A stretch of 62,951 nt of DNA, filler included, from Rhabdomonas costata (lineage: Eukaryota), in NCBI GenBank assembly GCA_019059605.1. It is 55 parts of 55 records of this genome, joined end to end, with 100 filler letters (N's around TTAATTAATTAA, not from the genome) between each part and the next. Parts side by side here need not be neighbours in the genome. Positions count along the whole stretch, not along the records: positions 49,304 to 50,349 come from JAHMHO010031557.1; positions 50,450 to 51,495 come from JAHMHO010031558.1; positions 51,596 to 52,641 come from JAHMHO010031559.1; positions 52,742 to 53,787 come from JAHMHO010031560.1; positions 53,888 to 54,933 come from JAHMHO010031561.1; positions 55,034 to 56,079 come from JAHMHO010031562.1; positions 56,180 to 57,221 come from JAHMHO010031563.1; positions 57,322 to 58,367 come from JAHMHO010031564.1; 47 more parts are not named here. The stretch is one strand, 5' to 3'. The position numbers and the translations under genes are program-made. Within the stretch, counting starts at the first letter, position 1. Each line of letters begins with the position of its first letter. This document shows positions 50,000 to 62,821 of the stretch, piece by piece. The notes below the pieces were generated by a model that saw nothing but the letters and a program-made list of their open reading frames with translations, searched no databases and was not told the origin of the DNA.

Positions 50000-50449
50000 C
50001 TACCCAATACCCGCCAAGATAGAAGGGAAAAGGTGACCACCCTTATAAGAGGAGGGCTACTTGGGGACGGGCTTCTCAGCTTGAGTTGGACAGACGGGTG
50101 AGGGTGCAGCTGATTTAGGTTTAGAGGCAGCATTTCCAGTCTCCTGGTGCCTCTCTTCGCCCTGTTATAGCACCATCTGAAAGTTGCGTTTGGGCCTTTT
50201 GTACTTGCCAAAACAAAAAAACAAAGAGGATCCTAAAATAGCTAAAATTCGGCAAAGTGAGAGAAAAAGGTGGGGGTGGTGTAAGAAAAAAAATAGAAAA
50301 ATGCACTTCAATAGCTGCTGTGTCTTCAATTTCGCCCTCCGCCCCCCCCNNNNNNNNNNNNNNNNNNNNNNNNNNNNNNNNNNNNNNNNNNNNTTAATTA
50401 ATTAANNNNNNNNNNNNNNNNNNNNNNNNNNNNNNNNNNNNNNNNNNNN

Positions 50450-51495
50450 TTTTTGGTGGACCCCTCGGACAGCAGCATGCTGGCCTCCTCTTTGAACGGT
50501 TCCAGTGGTGGGGCTTTGGGGGCCCAGGAGGCGCTACTTTTCAGTGAAGCCTCTGGGACCCTCTTGAATTCATATGGCACCTGGGCAAACACCCAGTCAG
50601 GGGTCTCCCTAGCGACAGACACGTGGATCTTTGCCACCCGGGGCATTCAGGTGACCCGGGCGTTTAACCTGATTGTCCTTGTTGCCCGGCTGCGCCCGAC
50701 GAGCGTCTACCAGTTTACAGAAGAGCTCATCCTCCCCATGCTGGCCGTCTGTCTGCCCTTGCTGCTGCTTTCCACTCTTTTCCTGCTACATTTACATCAC
50801 CTTAGGCTATACACCAAATTCATGAGGATCGCGATGGAAAGGTCAACCGCAGAGTTTCCCTCTCTGCCGCGCACCCTGCCGTTCTCGGAAATTGTGGAAG
50901 CTCGGGCCGCTTTGATGACTCTTATCTCGGGATCGCTCGGCCGGGACGTGCTTGGAAGCTCCGTGTACTCCTCACAACCCATGTGCAACTCGTCCACCAA
51001 GGACCGGTCGCCCAGTGCGACATGCTCGCTATCGGGTGCAGTGGTGGGAATCGCATCAGCTCACAAGGCTCCCCCGAATTTCCCTAGGGGTCGGCTCGAG
51101 GTCCCCCAGGGTGCTGCTCGGAATATCACGGGCGTCCATGAGGTAAACAACCAACTGGGAATGCTCGCCGAGGCTGTTTCGGAGTGGAATTTTGGCGGGA
51201 CCGAAGCTTTTCGTGGGTTGTGCGAGGAAATTGCCGAGACTTCCAGAGCCGTCTTTGAGGCCAATACATGGGCACAGCTAAAAGCCATCCAGAACAAACT
51301 GGGGACCCTCGAAAGTGCCACGAAATTGCTGGAGCTTGGTGATGACCTAACCTCCCCCGAGCGTCGCATTGAGGCCACTGTGACTGTTCTGGCAACACTT
51401 CTGCAGCGCAAGTGCAGCCTCCTGGCCTCGCAGCCCTTCTCAGAAGCGAATCCCGCTGCGTCTTCGGGCACCCCTGTGACTCAAGTCAAGAATCC
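50450..51495 (+). CDS. Membrane sensor fragment: extracellular C-terminus, TM helix, HAMP-like linker, degenerate HisKA-like helices
   Basis: Contig-spanning ORF; TM ILPMLAVCLPLLLLSTLFLL; PFSEIVEARAALM; HEVNNQL; KAIQNKLGTLESATKLL..LTSPERR. Confidence 0.55.
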
Positions 51496-53391
51496 NNNNN
51501 NNNNNNNNNNNNNNNNNNNNNNNNNNNNNNNNNNNNNNNTTAATTAATTAANNNNNNNNNNNNNNNNNNNNNNNNNNNNNNNNNNNNNNNNNNNNGGGCT
51601 TTATTTCTAATTCAAGGACCTTGATTGCACTTTTCGGACCTTTCCAGGTCTGCATACTGAGCCTAAGCTTTCGGCCAGGCCTGCTTAGCGCACCTAAGGG
51701 TAGAGCCTAGGAGTAATTCATGCTGGCACCGAAGTTTTGTGTATGACCCCCCCTCTTCTCCCATTTGCTTCTGCTTCTCAGAGAAGCCCTCCCGCATTGA
51801 CTACTCGAGCGCTGCCCACAAGCTCACTGTGTCCGTTCCTGAGACATGGAATGTGGTGAAGGAAAACGAAGAGAGAGAGAAAGAGGGAGAGACAGGGAGA
51901 AAGGTTCCAAAGAGATGGAGACAGACCATTAACCACAGGAGCAGACAACACTGAAGAGAAGAGAAAGAACATTGTGTGAGGATGACAGACGAGAGAGAAA
52001 GTTAGAGAGACACAGAGAAGAGAGAGAGACTCTCTGCTCATCCACTGGGCAGCCCGCCGCCATCCATCTCAGGTGTGGCATCTGGGAGGGCAGAGTCGGA
52101 GTCCGGAGGGTAGGTCGGGATCTCATACCCGTTGGGGAGAACGTGCCTGCAACAGTTGGTGGTGATGATGGGGTGGGCACAATGCATGGACAAGAGGAAA
52201 GGCGTGATATACTCACGCTTTTTTTATTCCAACGCCAACACATGATTTGCCCTCACCCTGGTCTTCTAATGGCAGATGTCACAACAATGTCACAACAATG
52301 TAACAGCAAAGGGCTGAGGGCGGAGTCCCAAAGGTGTACAATGCACAAAGGCACGTCGAATGGTGGAGCAAGGATGATCATCAATCAAAGAAGCAAGAAA
52401 AAATAGGTATTTTTTTTTGGAAAGAAAGTGTTCCCGAAGACATTCAACAAAGGTGAAAGGTGGCCTGCTGAAGGTCCATCTTGAACAGACTGAAATGTGA
52501 ACATCAAGCCAGGCAGAACCCTAAAAAGAAAACGGCGGCGCCCGCCTTGATTTGCACAGTTCCAAGACCACACCACAGCTGCTTGGAGAGAGCAGGAATG
52601 ATGGTAGCCCCCTGCGCCGTGCGATACCTGAACTTGCACCGNNNNNNNNNNNNNNNNNNNNNNNNNNNNNNNNNNNNNNNNNNNNTTAATTAATTAANNN
52701 NNNNNNNNNNNNNNNNNNNNNNNNNNNNNNNNNNNNNNNNNTTGGCTGACTTTGCCCACCTAAGCAGCCGAACTTTTTCGTGGTGTCCTTTAGGGTTGAG
52801 CTGTCTGCTCCATCTCCTGGTGCGGCGTTGCATTTTTGTCTGGTCTCTCTCCAGAGTTGTAAACAGGGTTTATACCACAAGTTTCTTTGGTACTGCAATT
52901 TGCAGGACTCCGCAGGAAGGGCGGGCGGCCTGGTTTCGCTGTGCATTGTGGGGACCTTGCCACTACAGCTAGAACCCTTTGTCTTAGAGATTTCACTTTG
53001 AAACGGACGCAGTGCAATTTGCTGCCCAGGATGCCCGGGAGGCCACCTGGCCTGCCACGTCCACGCATCAACTGTCTCCTTTGGTTGCTCCACCAGGAGC
53101 TTTAGTTGAGCGATAAACGCTCGGACGCTCCGTCTCTTGTGATGTTGAGCGAGTGATGCTGCGTGGGGCCGTCTCACTATTTGGGGACGTGTTCCGTGAT
53201 TTACTTCGCTGCCCTGGCGTTGGGTTTGAACCGCGGGGGGGTCGGTTTGCTGTGGAGGTTGATGCTGGCTGCTCTTGCCCGTCGCTTGCCGGCGCAAGGG
53301 GGTGTGCACTGGCGAAGGTTGGATCCTGTCCAGCTGCGTGGGCTATGCCCTGCGATCGTGTTGGATAGCACCCTCGTCCCTTGACTGCCAG

Positions 53392-53574
53392 GTATTTGGG
53401 TTTGGGGGGACTGTTTAGTGGCTCCGTGCAGTTCCGAGGCCTTGAGCTTTACAACCCATTGAATAACGACGAACCTGTAAAGAAGTCGCGAGACTGCCAA
53501 GAGCTGCACCCCTCGATTGGGGTGGAGCTCTGCCGGTTGATCGACAAGGCGAGCGAGCCCATCACCAGCATGAC
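53392..53574 (+). CDS. Unknown protein exon
   Basis: CAG acceptor, GT donor near 53575, GC3-rich frame (YLGLGGLFSGSVQF...LIDKASEPITSM); no family recognised. Confidence 0.35.
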
Positions 53575-55033
53575 GTACTCGCCCCCCACTCCACCCCCGC
53601 GCACGCAAGCGCGTACGTGGCATGCTTGGTTTAACCCCGATTTTCCCCCTGTTTTTCCTTTGTGCGCTCGTTACGCTCCTTTTTTCCCCACTCTGTTTGT
53701 GACATATTAATACGTAAAGGTAAAAAAAGATAAGTGAAAAAAAGAGCATGTGTTTCTCTAATATATTACTCATCTTGTATCTTGAGGNNNNNNNNNNNNN
53801 NNNNNNNNNNNNNNNNNNNNNNNNNNNNNNNTTAATTAATTAANNNNNNNNNNNNNNNNNNNNNNNNNNNNNNNNNNNNNNNNNNNNGGTTTTGTGGCGG
53901 AGAGGTCACGCCGCAAAAGCAGACTGAGCTGATGATGGAGGCAGGGTTATGGGTCAGTGGTTAAAGGTTTAACCGCGTTCAACGTTCTCGTACTTGGCTG
54001 AACGAGTAACTCAGCAGCAGGAAGGGGCGGAGGTCAGTCGGCGGAGCGATAGCGGCACAAACTGCATCCATGAAAAACTTTTTTCGACACTTCGAACCGT
54101 AGGAACGATTTAAAACATCATCATTTGATGATGCTATTTTCTGAGTGCGGGGGTTAGATAAAATGACAATACCACCAAGATGCAGTTTTCTTTTCTTTTG
54201 CGAGGGACATGTCAATGCCTTTGCTTGGGTCGGCCCTTCCAGGATGTAAGGCCGCGATAAAACAGCGATGTCAGCATGCTTTTTTGGTCTCTCCAGAGGA
54301 CGCTTCGACCACCCACCTTGTGCACACCGGGGGCACAGAGGCTGAAGAGAATACGGCATCGAAAGCTTGAGCGCCGCAGGACTCCGTCATTCAACGAAGC
54401 GCTCGAACTAAACCGAAGAAGTATGGGTTTTGCTCTGCAGAAAAGGCCGAGAAATAAGAAAGGAAGCGCTTTCAGGATTCCAAAACTGCTAAAACCCGAC
54501 ACGACTTTTTGGGGTTCTATCCTTTTATGGGCGATTGACTGATTCGCGGAGCAAGATTATGCCAGCCCAAGCAACATGACATGTGACAACTCAGCCAGCG
54601 ATTGGCGTGACACGGGGCGATTCGAGCATCCTACTGCACCTTTCTGAGTTGCACGGAACGACCGCCGCAAGATAGATACGTACTGCTCACCAAAAAACGG
54701 AAAGCCATATGAGGAAACCGCATCCATATCCTATACAATTTCAAGGTGAAATGCACTGCTGCCTGGTTCAGGAGCCTTTATCGCGGCGAACGGCAACTCC
54801 CCATTATGTGTGCGTCTGGTTTTTGGTCCACAATATGAGACACGTTCATTCCGAATACTCATACACAGGAGCCCAAAAGTAGAGGCTGAAGGGACCCAGC
54901 CGCGACTCCACACCGAATTAGACCGAAAAACCCNNNNNNNNNNNNNNNNNNNNNNNNNNNNNNNNNNNNNNNNNNNNTTAATTAATTAANNNNNNNNNNN
55001 NNNNNNNNNNNNNNNNNNNNNNNNNNNNNNNNN

Positions 55034-55041
55034 TGTGTGTG

Positions 55042-55077
<36 letters not shown>

Positions 55078-55094
55078 TGTGTGTGTGTGTGTGC
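55034..55094. repeat. Compound (TG)n/(TGCG)n microsatellite; other SSRs: (TG)n 6888-6922, 7654-7677 and 9727-9752, (GATC)n 19556-19578, (CT)n ~21650-21676, (AGTTGG)n 37846-37883
   Basis: Directly visible simple repeats, mostly intronic. Confidence 0.95.
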
Positions 55095-55588
55095 GTATTA
55101 GATGCAGAGCCATCTGAATGTGGCCTGACTGGCTCCTGGCTACGGCTACGTGGCTATCTTCCCTTTCTTGTTGGGTGGTGCACAGCGACAGCGACCCACA
55201 CACACACACACACACATTTTTCGTGGTGATCATCACTCACTCTTACTCACTCAGTACATGTGGCACAGGTTACTGTTCTGTTTTGGTGGTTGCTCAGTCG
55301 TCTCACTCGAAAGCGAGGCGAGAATGTGCGCCCAGGGATGCCATCAGCGCCATCTGAGCTTTTTTGTATTGTGGTGACGAGCACCGTTCAATTTACTTGG
55401 CGTCCATTCCCAACGCATTATTGCTGCACTGCACACTTTCTTCCAAATGAAGTGCCGACCACCGCCTTAGGTTGCTCAGTTATGAATCCTAAGAGTGCCG
55501 AAACTGTGCTGAAACTCAGGTGGAAAAAAGAAAAAGCAAGCAGCAACGTCAGCAACGAGCAGTAGTGGGGGACGAAGAAGATCCTGAC

Positions 55589-55750
55589 CTCGCCTGGGGG
55601 CCCGTATTCCTTCAAGAAGGTGATGCCCTCTATCAGGCTCTGCAGCTCGTCAATCTTGATGATCTCCAGGCCCCCGCCCACGCGCTCAAACAGCGACGCA
55701 AATTTATACGCGCCGCCCCCGGAGACGTAAAGCTCGCGAAGACCCTGGAC
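55589..55750 (-). CDS. Type II pantothenate kinase exon
   Basis: LYVSGGGAYKFASLF...KIDELQSLIEGITFL matches the PanK TGGGAYKF..K.DE+..LI.G..FL motif; TAG/GT boundaries; 162 nt. Confidence 0.88.
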
Positions 55751-57359
55751 CTACCGGAGGGAAGGGCACAAGTTGAGTTTGTTGGCTGGATGTGTTGGCT
55801 GGATCGTGCTTGCACGCTTACTGATACTGAGAACTCTCAAGGGAGCCGGGGAAAACACCATGGTCGAAAAAAAAGCCGCAACAGTGTCCGCATCCGCCCC
55901 CGGACCCGAAGGAAAGCCTTCAACCCTGCTCAGGCACGTGCACATTTCTTGGACGGACCTCAGCACAATCAACGACAGAGTTCACTGAGGATTTGACTTG
56001 GTTTCGGATGGCATCTCCAAGCTGAATAGAGCACACCAGTGTGAGGGAATTCAGCTTGGAGATGCCATCCAAAACAAATNNNNNNNNNNNNNNNNNNNNN
56101 NNNNNNNNNNNNNNNNNNNNNNNTTAATTAATTAANNNNNNNNNNNNNNNNNNNNNNNNNNNNNNNNNNNNNNNNNNNNTGTGGTTTTTTCCCCATGTTT
56201 AAAAATGCTTTTTTTTTGCCACCCCCGCGTATTTTCGCCAATACGCGGGGGTGGCAAAAAAAAAGCATTTTTAAACATGGGGAAAAAACCTCATACCAAG
56301 TCGCGGTCTTACGTAGTGGACGCTATTTTGCCGCATCTATTTGGGTATAACTCCTTGGCAACGTGTGATTCACTTTCTTATGTTCTTTACCACTGCTGCC
56401 TTTTTCAACGTCTGCGGGCTTTTCATGGACACAACCTGAGTGACACTCAGGTTTCTCTTATTTAAATAAGCCTCGGAACCACCATTTTTCATACAGTTGA
56501 AAAAAGGACGTTGCGAGTTGAGACCATAAGCGGCATGTGCTTGACCGTTCTTCGTCTTATGTTGTGAACCTATTTGGAGTCGTCGTCTGGGTCCATGAAG
56601 GATTACGTGTGTACATTGCCCCGGCTTTGTATCCTCAGCTCTCAACTTCCGTGCCAAATACCAGTACCACTAGTTCCATACTGCACAACCATTATCCCCA
56701 GTAATTTGCAGTACACTTAAGCTGCGCTTAGTGTAATAAATTTCTTCACCACAATATCACCTCACTGTACCACCCTTGTGAAAGAAAAACGCGCTCAAAT
56801 GGCAATTTTGGTGGGTGGATGTTTAGTTTCTTGCAATAAAATTAGTGGATAAAGGCTGAAGTGGTGTGCAAACCGTGTTGAACAATGAACATTTCCGGAA
56901 TGGTGGGTTGTGACTTTCGGTCTTCTAGGGTTCTGGGTTTCTTGTGTCGGCATCCGCGGCCCCAACTTTAGCGTAGCACATTACAAGCGTAGCAACGAGC
57001 AGCATAAGCATCACCTCCGGAAGCATCATGGCCCCCCCCCCCACCGCAAGGGAGTTGGGATAGAAGGATCGAAGCATTCATGAGAAAAGTCAGGTAGTGA
57101 CAAAGCGTTGCAAGTGACCCCACGACCCATCATCACCATCATAATCTTACGCATACACTAATCTACATCCATCTTTGCATGCGTGGAGCCATCAGGTAGG
57201 TCATGTCGAGCGTAGAGAGGCNNNNNNNNNNNNNNNNNNNNNNNNNNNNNNNNNNNNNNNNNNNNTTAATTAATTAANNNNNNNNNNNNNNNNNNNNNNN
57301 NNNNNNNNNNNNNNNNNNNNNGGGGTTGTGTGGTACTGCTGGTGTGGTACTGGGTCATC

Positions 57360-57509
57360 CTCTCAAAAAGGTACGACCATGCCGCGATGACCCAGTACCA
57401 CACCAGCAGTACCACCTCCGACCGCAAGCTATAGAATGCCAACACTCTCCAGATGGCGTTGATCATCGGAAGGATTACGAATAGAAGCACCGCAAAACGG
57501 GCCGGAATC
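57360..57509 (-). CDS. Multi-pass membrane protein exon
   Basis: CTCAG acceptor; two hydrophobic segments (FAVLLFVILPMINAIW; VVLLVWYWVIAAWSYLF). Confidence 0.45.
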
Positions 57510-58871
57510 TGAGATGCATAGGAAACGGTGGCAGCGGTGATTTTGTTTAGGATCGCTGGAACGTTTGACCGCGATATTGGCTTGGAAGATGTAAGATGTT
57601 AGAGAAAGCAGGCAAGCTCGGCGCTTTCCGCCTGCTGTATGCTGTGGGAGTGCAAATCGCTAAGTACCTCCATCCGCACACCTGACTGCCCGAATTCTGC
57701 TGTGCTATTTGCTGTGTCCAACTTGCGGTCCGCATTGCTGCATACACAGTGGCCCAGTGACTACAGATCCCAGCGAATTCGCGCACATGCACATACACAC
57801 CCCCATGACAAAAAAGAAGTCAAACCCTCTAATCCACGATGCCTTGCCCGGAAAACGGAGCAAAAAAATTGGAGGATGTACATTGTCTTAATGGGTTGCA
57901 TGTTATAAGGAAGAAGCCTGGTGCTGGGCATCCATTGCCAGTCCAGACCCAACCATAAAGAATACACAGGGCGAGGCGAAAAATGCAATGGGGCGATCCG
58001 AAAAATCCAGAGAAAAGAGTGCGGAGCCAACCGAATTAATTGCCCGCAGAAGAAGAAAAGCCTTTGCCTACCATCATTTGATTTTCAGAAGGCGGAGGCG
58101 AACTGATCTAGAGCTAACTTCGGTTCTGACTTGGACAAAACAACATGAATTAACCGAGTGTTAGAACCCCGAAGAAATAGCCCAGCTGTCTGGCCTTTAT
58201 TGAGCGAGATCGTAAAACAGGATCTACTACTGGACAAAGGTAACCCACAGGTCCGATGTATGCACAACAGCCTCGCTAAATAAAAATCACGACAGTGTTG
58301 CCGCCTCGCGCCCAAAAAGGAAAGAAGGCTAAAACAGTAGAACGAATTAGAAACCCAAAAAACCAACNNNNNNNNNNNNNNNNNNNNNNNNNNNNNNNNN
58401 NNNNNNNNNNNTTAATTAATTAANNNNNNNNNNNNNNNNNNNNNNNNNNNNNNNNNNNNNNNNNNNNGTGGGGGGGGGGTAAAAACATAAATGTCTGTCT
58501 AAAAGCGACCACTGGTACACTCAGTGTTCAATCAGCATTTCGACTTCTGGAGTGACTTTGCATGCGGAATGATCGCTTCGCTGTTCGGATGGACGACGAA
58601 AAAGAATTGAGCAAAAGTGGATGACAATTGCACTGCTATTTTTCTTCCATATGAGTTGCATCGGGAGTGGCATGGGTGAGAGTTGCGCACGGCTGAACAT
58701 CGAGGCTTCCAGCTAGAGGGCTGGACAGAACTCACCTCACGAATAGCATAGAGTACCCTTTTCGTGAACACGGCTCCTCGATCCTGTGGAAATCTCAGTG
58801 GGGTCCAGATGCAGGGTCTCTCTTCCTGTTACAAATTTACAGCTTCAGTATCATCAATGCAAGAGAGGGAC

Positions 58872-59239
58872 CTCCCCCACAGCCACCCCACCCTTGTCCG
58901 TGATGCCGTTCCAGCTGAGGCTGATCTTCTTCAGCACATTGTTTGCACGCAGCCCCTGAAAGCCAAAAAAAAAAATGCGAACCATTTACGCGCTCGGGTT
59001 GCGACCACAACGAAGCGGAAGCGCTGAAACGGATAAAAATAAATATGCGCACCCGATCGTCATCGTTACCAACCACTTCGACGACCAGATAACACCAGAT
59101 ATCACAAAACGAGCAGGGTGAGCAGCCAACCTCGAGCACCAGCATGGTGCCTTTCGTGCTCAACTGGTTCCAGCCCAGGTTGAGCTCGCGGAGGTCAGCG
59201 TTGGTGCTTAACATGACCCGGATGGCCTCCCCGCTAACC
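58872..59239 (-). CDS. RI-like leucine-rich-repeat protein, exons 59239-59131 and 58955-58872
   Basis: LRELNLGWNQL and LKKISLSWNGI in 28-aa repeats; 84-nt exon; GT-AG intron. Confidence 0.88.
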
Positions 59240-60336
59240 CTTTGGGTGCGTAATGGACTTCACAAGTTTAGAAGCTCAGTATCTCCCGCAAAGCCAAAGG
59301 TGGCACCCAAATGAAGGAGAGATATCGTTTAAAAAGAAAGCAGTATCTTGCGTTTTGTGAGGATCACACTTCATGATAAAAGAGCTTTTCGAGAACCATC
59401 CAGTCAGACGCAACCCATAACCCACGTCAAAATTTATGCACAGGGGCATTGAAAGATTTACAGGCAGTGCGGTGCACCCCACCCTCCACATACGCAAACC
59501 CGAAAACCGCCCGNNNNNNNNNNNNNNNNNNNNNNNNNNNNNNNNNNNNNNNNNNNNTTAATTAATTAANNNNNNNNNNNNNNNNNNNNNNNNNNNNNNN
59601 NNNNNNNNNNNNNTTGTTGTTTTCTTCTTTCCGTCTTGAACGATGGAGCGGGTCCCAAGATGGGCCTCGGCTGACAGCTGCCCCGAGTTTGTGCAGGTGG
59701 TGCTGCTTGTCATTGCTTGTGCATGACCGGCTCCATCATTTCCGTCATACGCCTCGCCTCACCCCTTTGGGTAAGCTCGCAGTTGGTGGGTTCGAAGTTT
59801 GAAGCTTCCCCGTGTTCTCCATTGCTCGGGTGTGGGATGACTCTCCTATGAATTAGCAGTGCGACAGTGTACAGGGCGGGCTGTTTTTCGCATTTGCAAA
59901 TGATTATAAGATGAACATGCAAAAAAAAATCAGGTTCGGTGACGCTGCTTGTGATGTGTTGCAGTTCTTTCTGCAGAAGTCGTCATAATGTCAGCAATAA
60001 GCCAAAGCCCCCGCTGAGAGAGAGATATACAGCACCATTCCTTACGGGTAACGGCATAAGCTAATGCAACGCAGTGCAAACCCTCTCTATTCTGATTCCT
60101 CGCAGCACTGTTCCGTGGTGGTATGGCGCCTCATTTCCCTTGAAACGCCTTATTTTCTTTCATTGTCATAGACTTCTGGGACCTCAGGATAGACCACTCA
60201 CACAGCAAATGTTCGAAGTGTAGTCCACACTCGAATGGATCCCCCACCGAATAAGCAATTGAATAAGCACGGTAACAGGCATGGGCCGTGGCGTGAACGA
60301 GCGCCCGCTCGCCTTTTTTCCTCTTCTCTTTTCCAG

Positions 60337-60659
60337 GGCAGGGGATCATTTCGGCAGGACAGCGTCGGGCGAAAGCCCGCCCGCCCACCACGGGCGACGA
60401 CCTCCTCCGCACTGCGGTGGGCAGCCCTCTTAGTGCCCCTTCTGCTTCTTCTGGGAATGGCCTCAGGGCGGGTGGCCGGAGGGGGCCCAAGCAACCCTTG
60501 GTTCACCTCCCTTAAGAAGCCCGCCTTGTACCCCCACCCCGGGGTCTTCCCGGTGGTCTGGACCGTGCTGTACGTGATGATGGGCGTGGCTGTTTCCCTG
60601 GTCGCCGTGATCCCCCGGGAAGTGCGGGGGCGCACGGCGACCAGGGAAACACCCACACC
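60337..60659 (+). CDS. tspO: TspO/MBR (translocator protein) exon
   Basis: WFTSLKKPALYP..VFPVVWTVLYVMMGVA matches the TspO W+..L.KP...P...F..VWT.LY..MG.A motif; polypyrimidine-CAG acceptor at 60336. Confidence 0.9.
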
Positions 60660-60805
60660 NNNNNNNNNNNNNNNNNNNNNNNNNNNNNNNNNNNNNNNNN
60701 NNNTTAATTAATTAANNNNNNNNNNNNNNNNNNNNNNNNNNNNNNNNNNNNNNNNNNNNGCACAAAAGAGGCGCAAGGGGGGGGGGGCGGTGCATATGTA
60801 TTCAC

Positions 60806-60946
60806 TTTGGCGCCCAATATGTGCTCCGCCAGGCGGCGGTTCATCTCCACCACAGCGTCCGGGGACATAAGCGACAGCAGCACACTCCCGAAGCACTCCA
60901 GAGAGAACTTGTATCGCGTGAGGGAACGGCAGTTCCCCACCAAAGG
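60806..60946 (-). CDS. Unknown protein exon
   Basis: 141-nt phase-0 exon between TAG and GTGAAT; no family recognised. Confidence 0.45.
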
Positions 60947-62821
60947 CTATTGGACAACACATCAGGTGGACGCCAGACGGGAGCACCCCAAACAGCGGGT
61001 TGATTGAGTAAGATGGCACAGGGGGCAGAATATTGCACTAGCGTTTTATGAAACTTTGACTCTGAGGGGGAAAGAAGGCGATGTGCCCCTTGGGGCTACA
61101 CATCACTCGACCGCAGACACCACAGGGAGTATGAAATACCGCGAGGGACTTAACTTGTCTCTCTTTAAGCGCATGCTCCCGTGTCGCAGAGGAGGTAACC
61201 TCTGTAAACACCAGTGCCAGCTGCAGCCTCTCTCCCCTCGGGAAGTATGAAGTACGAGCCGTATTTGTTCGTCTACTGACACTGTTTGCGAGCGGGTGAT
61301 TGCAGTTAATCACCATTGGACAGGAGCTGAGCGGGGCGAGGATCCGCATTCTCGAAACCTGTCTTAACACACCAAGGCTTGTCAGAGCGGTACCTTTCAC
61401 CATCGAATATAAAAGCACGACAAATAAAACAATGGGCGAAATGCCCAAAATATCCAAAACGTCATTTTCGGATTTTCGAGGTACAAACCACAGGTAAGCC
61501 TACTACGGTCTGCTCTGAAGGTAGTACACAGTGTGTTCGTAAGGTCTTCCATAACCCGACCTCCCATACAACCCTAAGCACCAACAACAAACGAGGTCAT
61601 CCAAAAAAACATATTCACCCAGTCTTACGGAACGACGCCATCGCGGAGGCACCTCAACGGCCTCACAATATAATAGTTTTTGCCAAAGAGAGGCTACGGC
61701 AAAACAGCTGAGAGAGGTGCACCTGCCCGCCGGAGTCAACGACAATCATCTGCCGTGCAACCAGCCAGTCGAAGTGGTGGTCCACCACCATCGGGGGGTA
61801 CGCATNNNNNNNNNNNNNNNNNNNNNNNNNNNNNNNNNNNNNNNNNNNNTTAATTAATTAANNNNNNNNNNNNNNNNNNNNNNNNNNNNNNNNNNNNNNN
61901 NNNNNGGTTGTGTGGAGGGAAAGTCCCCACTTGGACTCAATCAATTGAGGATCTTCCCTTCCCCTTGGACGGTCTGGGGTGTGCACCGGAGCCCGTGCCT
62001 TTCTTGGGAAGGACAGTGCGACTGGTCTGCCCACGACCCGTCTGTGTGTAATATGCAGAAAGGGATTTTCACTGGAGATGTCTCGCGAATCGCGTCTACC
62101 CTTTTGTTTATGATGCCTTGCAACTTCCATCGTTCTCACCCCCGGCCAGTCCTCCGACTTTCACGATCGCCGCTTGTGAGCGGACCACCGTCCTTCCAGG
62201 CTCCCTCCCCTCGCCCTTGATTACAAAGGTTGTATGTTAATAGTTGTGGCCTTTTTTCTTGGCCATTTTTTTTTGCCTAGAGGCTTGACGGTGTGCGGTA
62301 AGCCACGGAATACCGAAGCGCACCCGCTCTCCTTTGCCTCTGGTTTTTATATGAGTGTGTCCACTTGGGCGAGACGTTTCACTGTTCTTCTCAGTTGGAT
62401 GCGGAGGAACGGTGTTTATTGAACATGCCTGTCTTTGTTGTTGTTTGAGCACACATCCTTCTTGAGAGAAAGCAACTGCCCTGCCCCTGATGGTCCCGTA
62501 CGTAGATTTACGTAGATTTTTAGGAGACATTTCTGTTTATAGCGATTGCCTTGCCTTGTTCACACCGCAAGATCGAGGCACGTTTCATGGAATTTTTGGA
62601 GCAAGTTTCAAGTTTCAAGTTGCTCCCCCAACCCCAACAGATTGGTGTGAGCTGATGACCAATTGTGTATCAACCGACATGGTAGTCGATGTTTTTCAGT
62701 TGGGCGAAGTTTTCGAGAACACTTTCAGTGAATGGGGACGACGCGCGCGCTCGTGTCAACCGCGCCAGCCTAGGATGGAGGGGAATGTGAGATCGAGAAA
62801 GCCGGGCAGCCGCACACGCAC

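Noticed and set aside
19688-60659. Hemerythrin, histidine kinase and TspO as a clustered O2-sensing system
   Set aside because: They lie on separate unlinked contigs; co-occurrence in this window gives no linkage evidence.
1048-61905. Regularly spaced TTAATTAATTAA with equal-length unique intervals (CRISPR-like or gene-sized-chromosome-like periodicity)
   Set aside because: Synthetic six-frame stop linker embedded in Ns; uniform spacing reflects length-sorted contigs.
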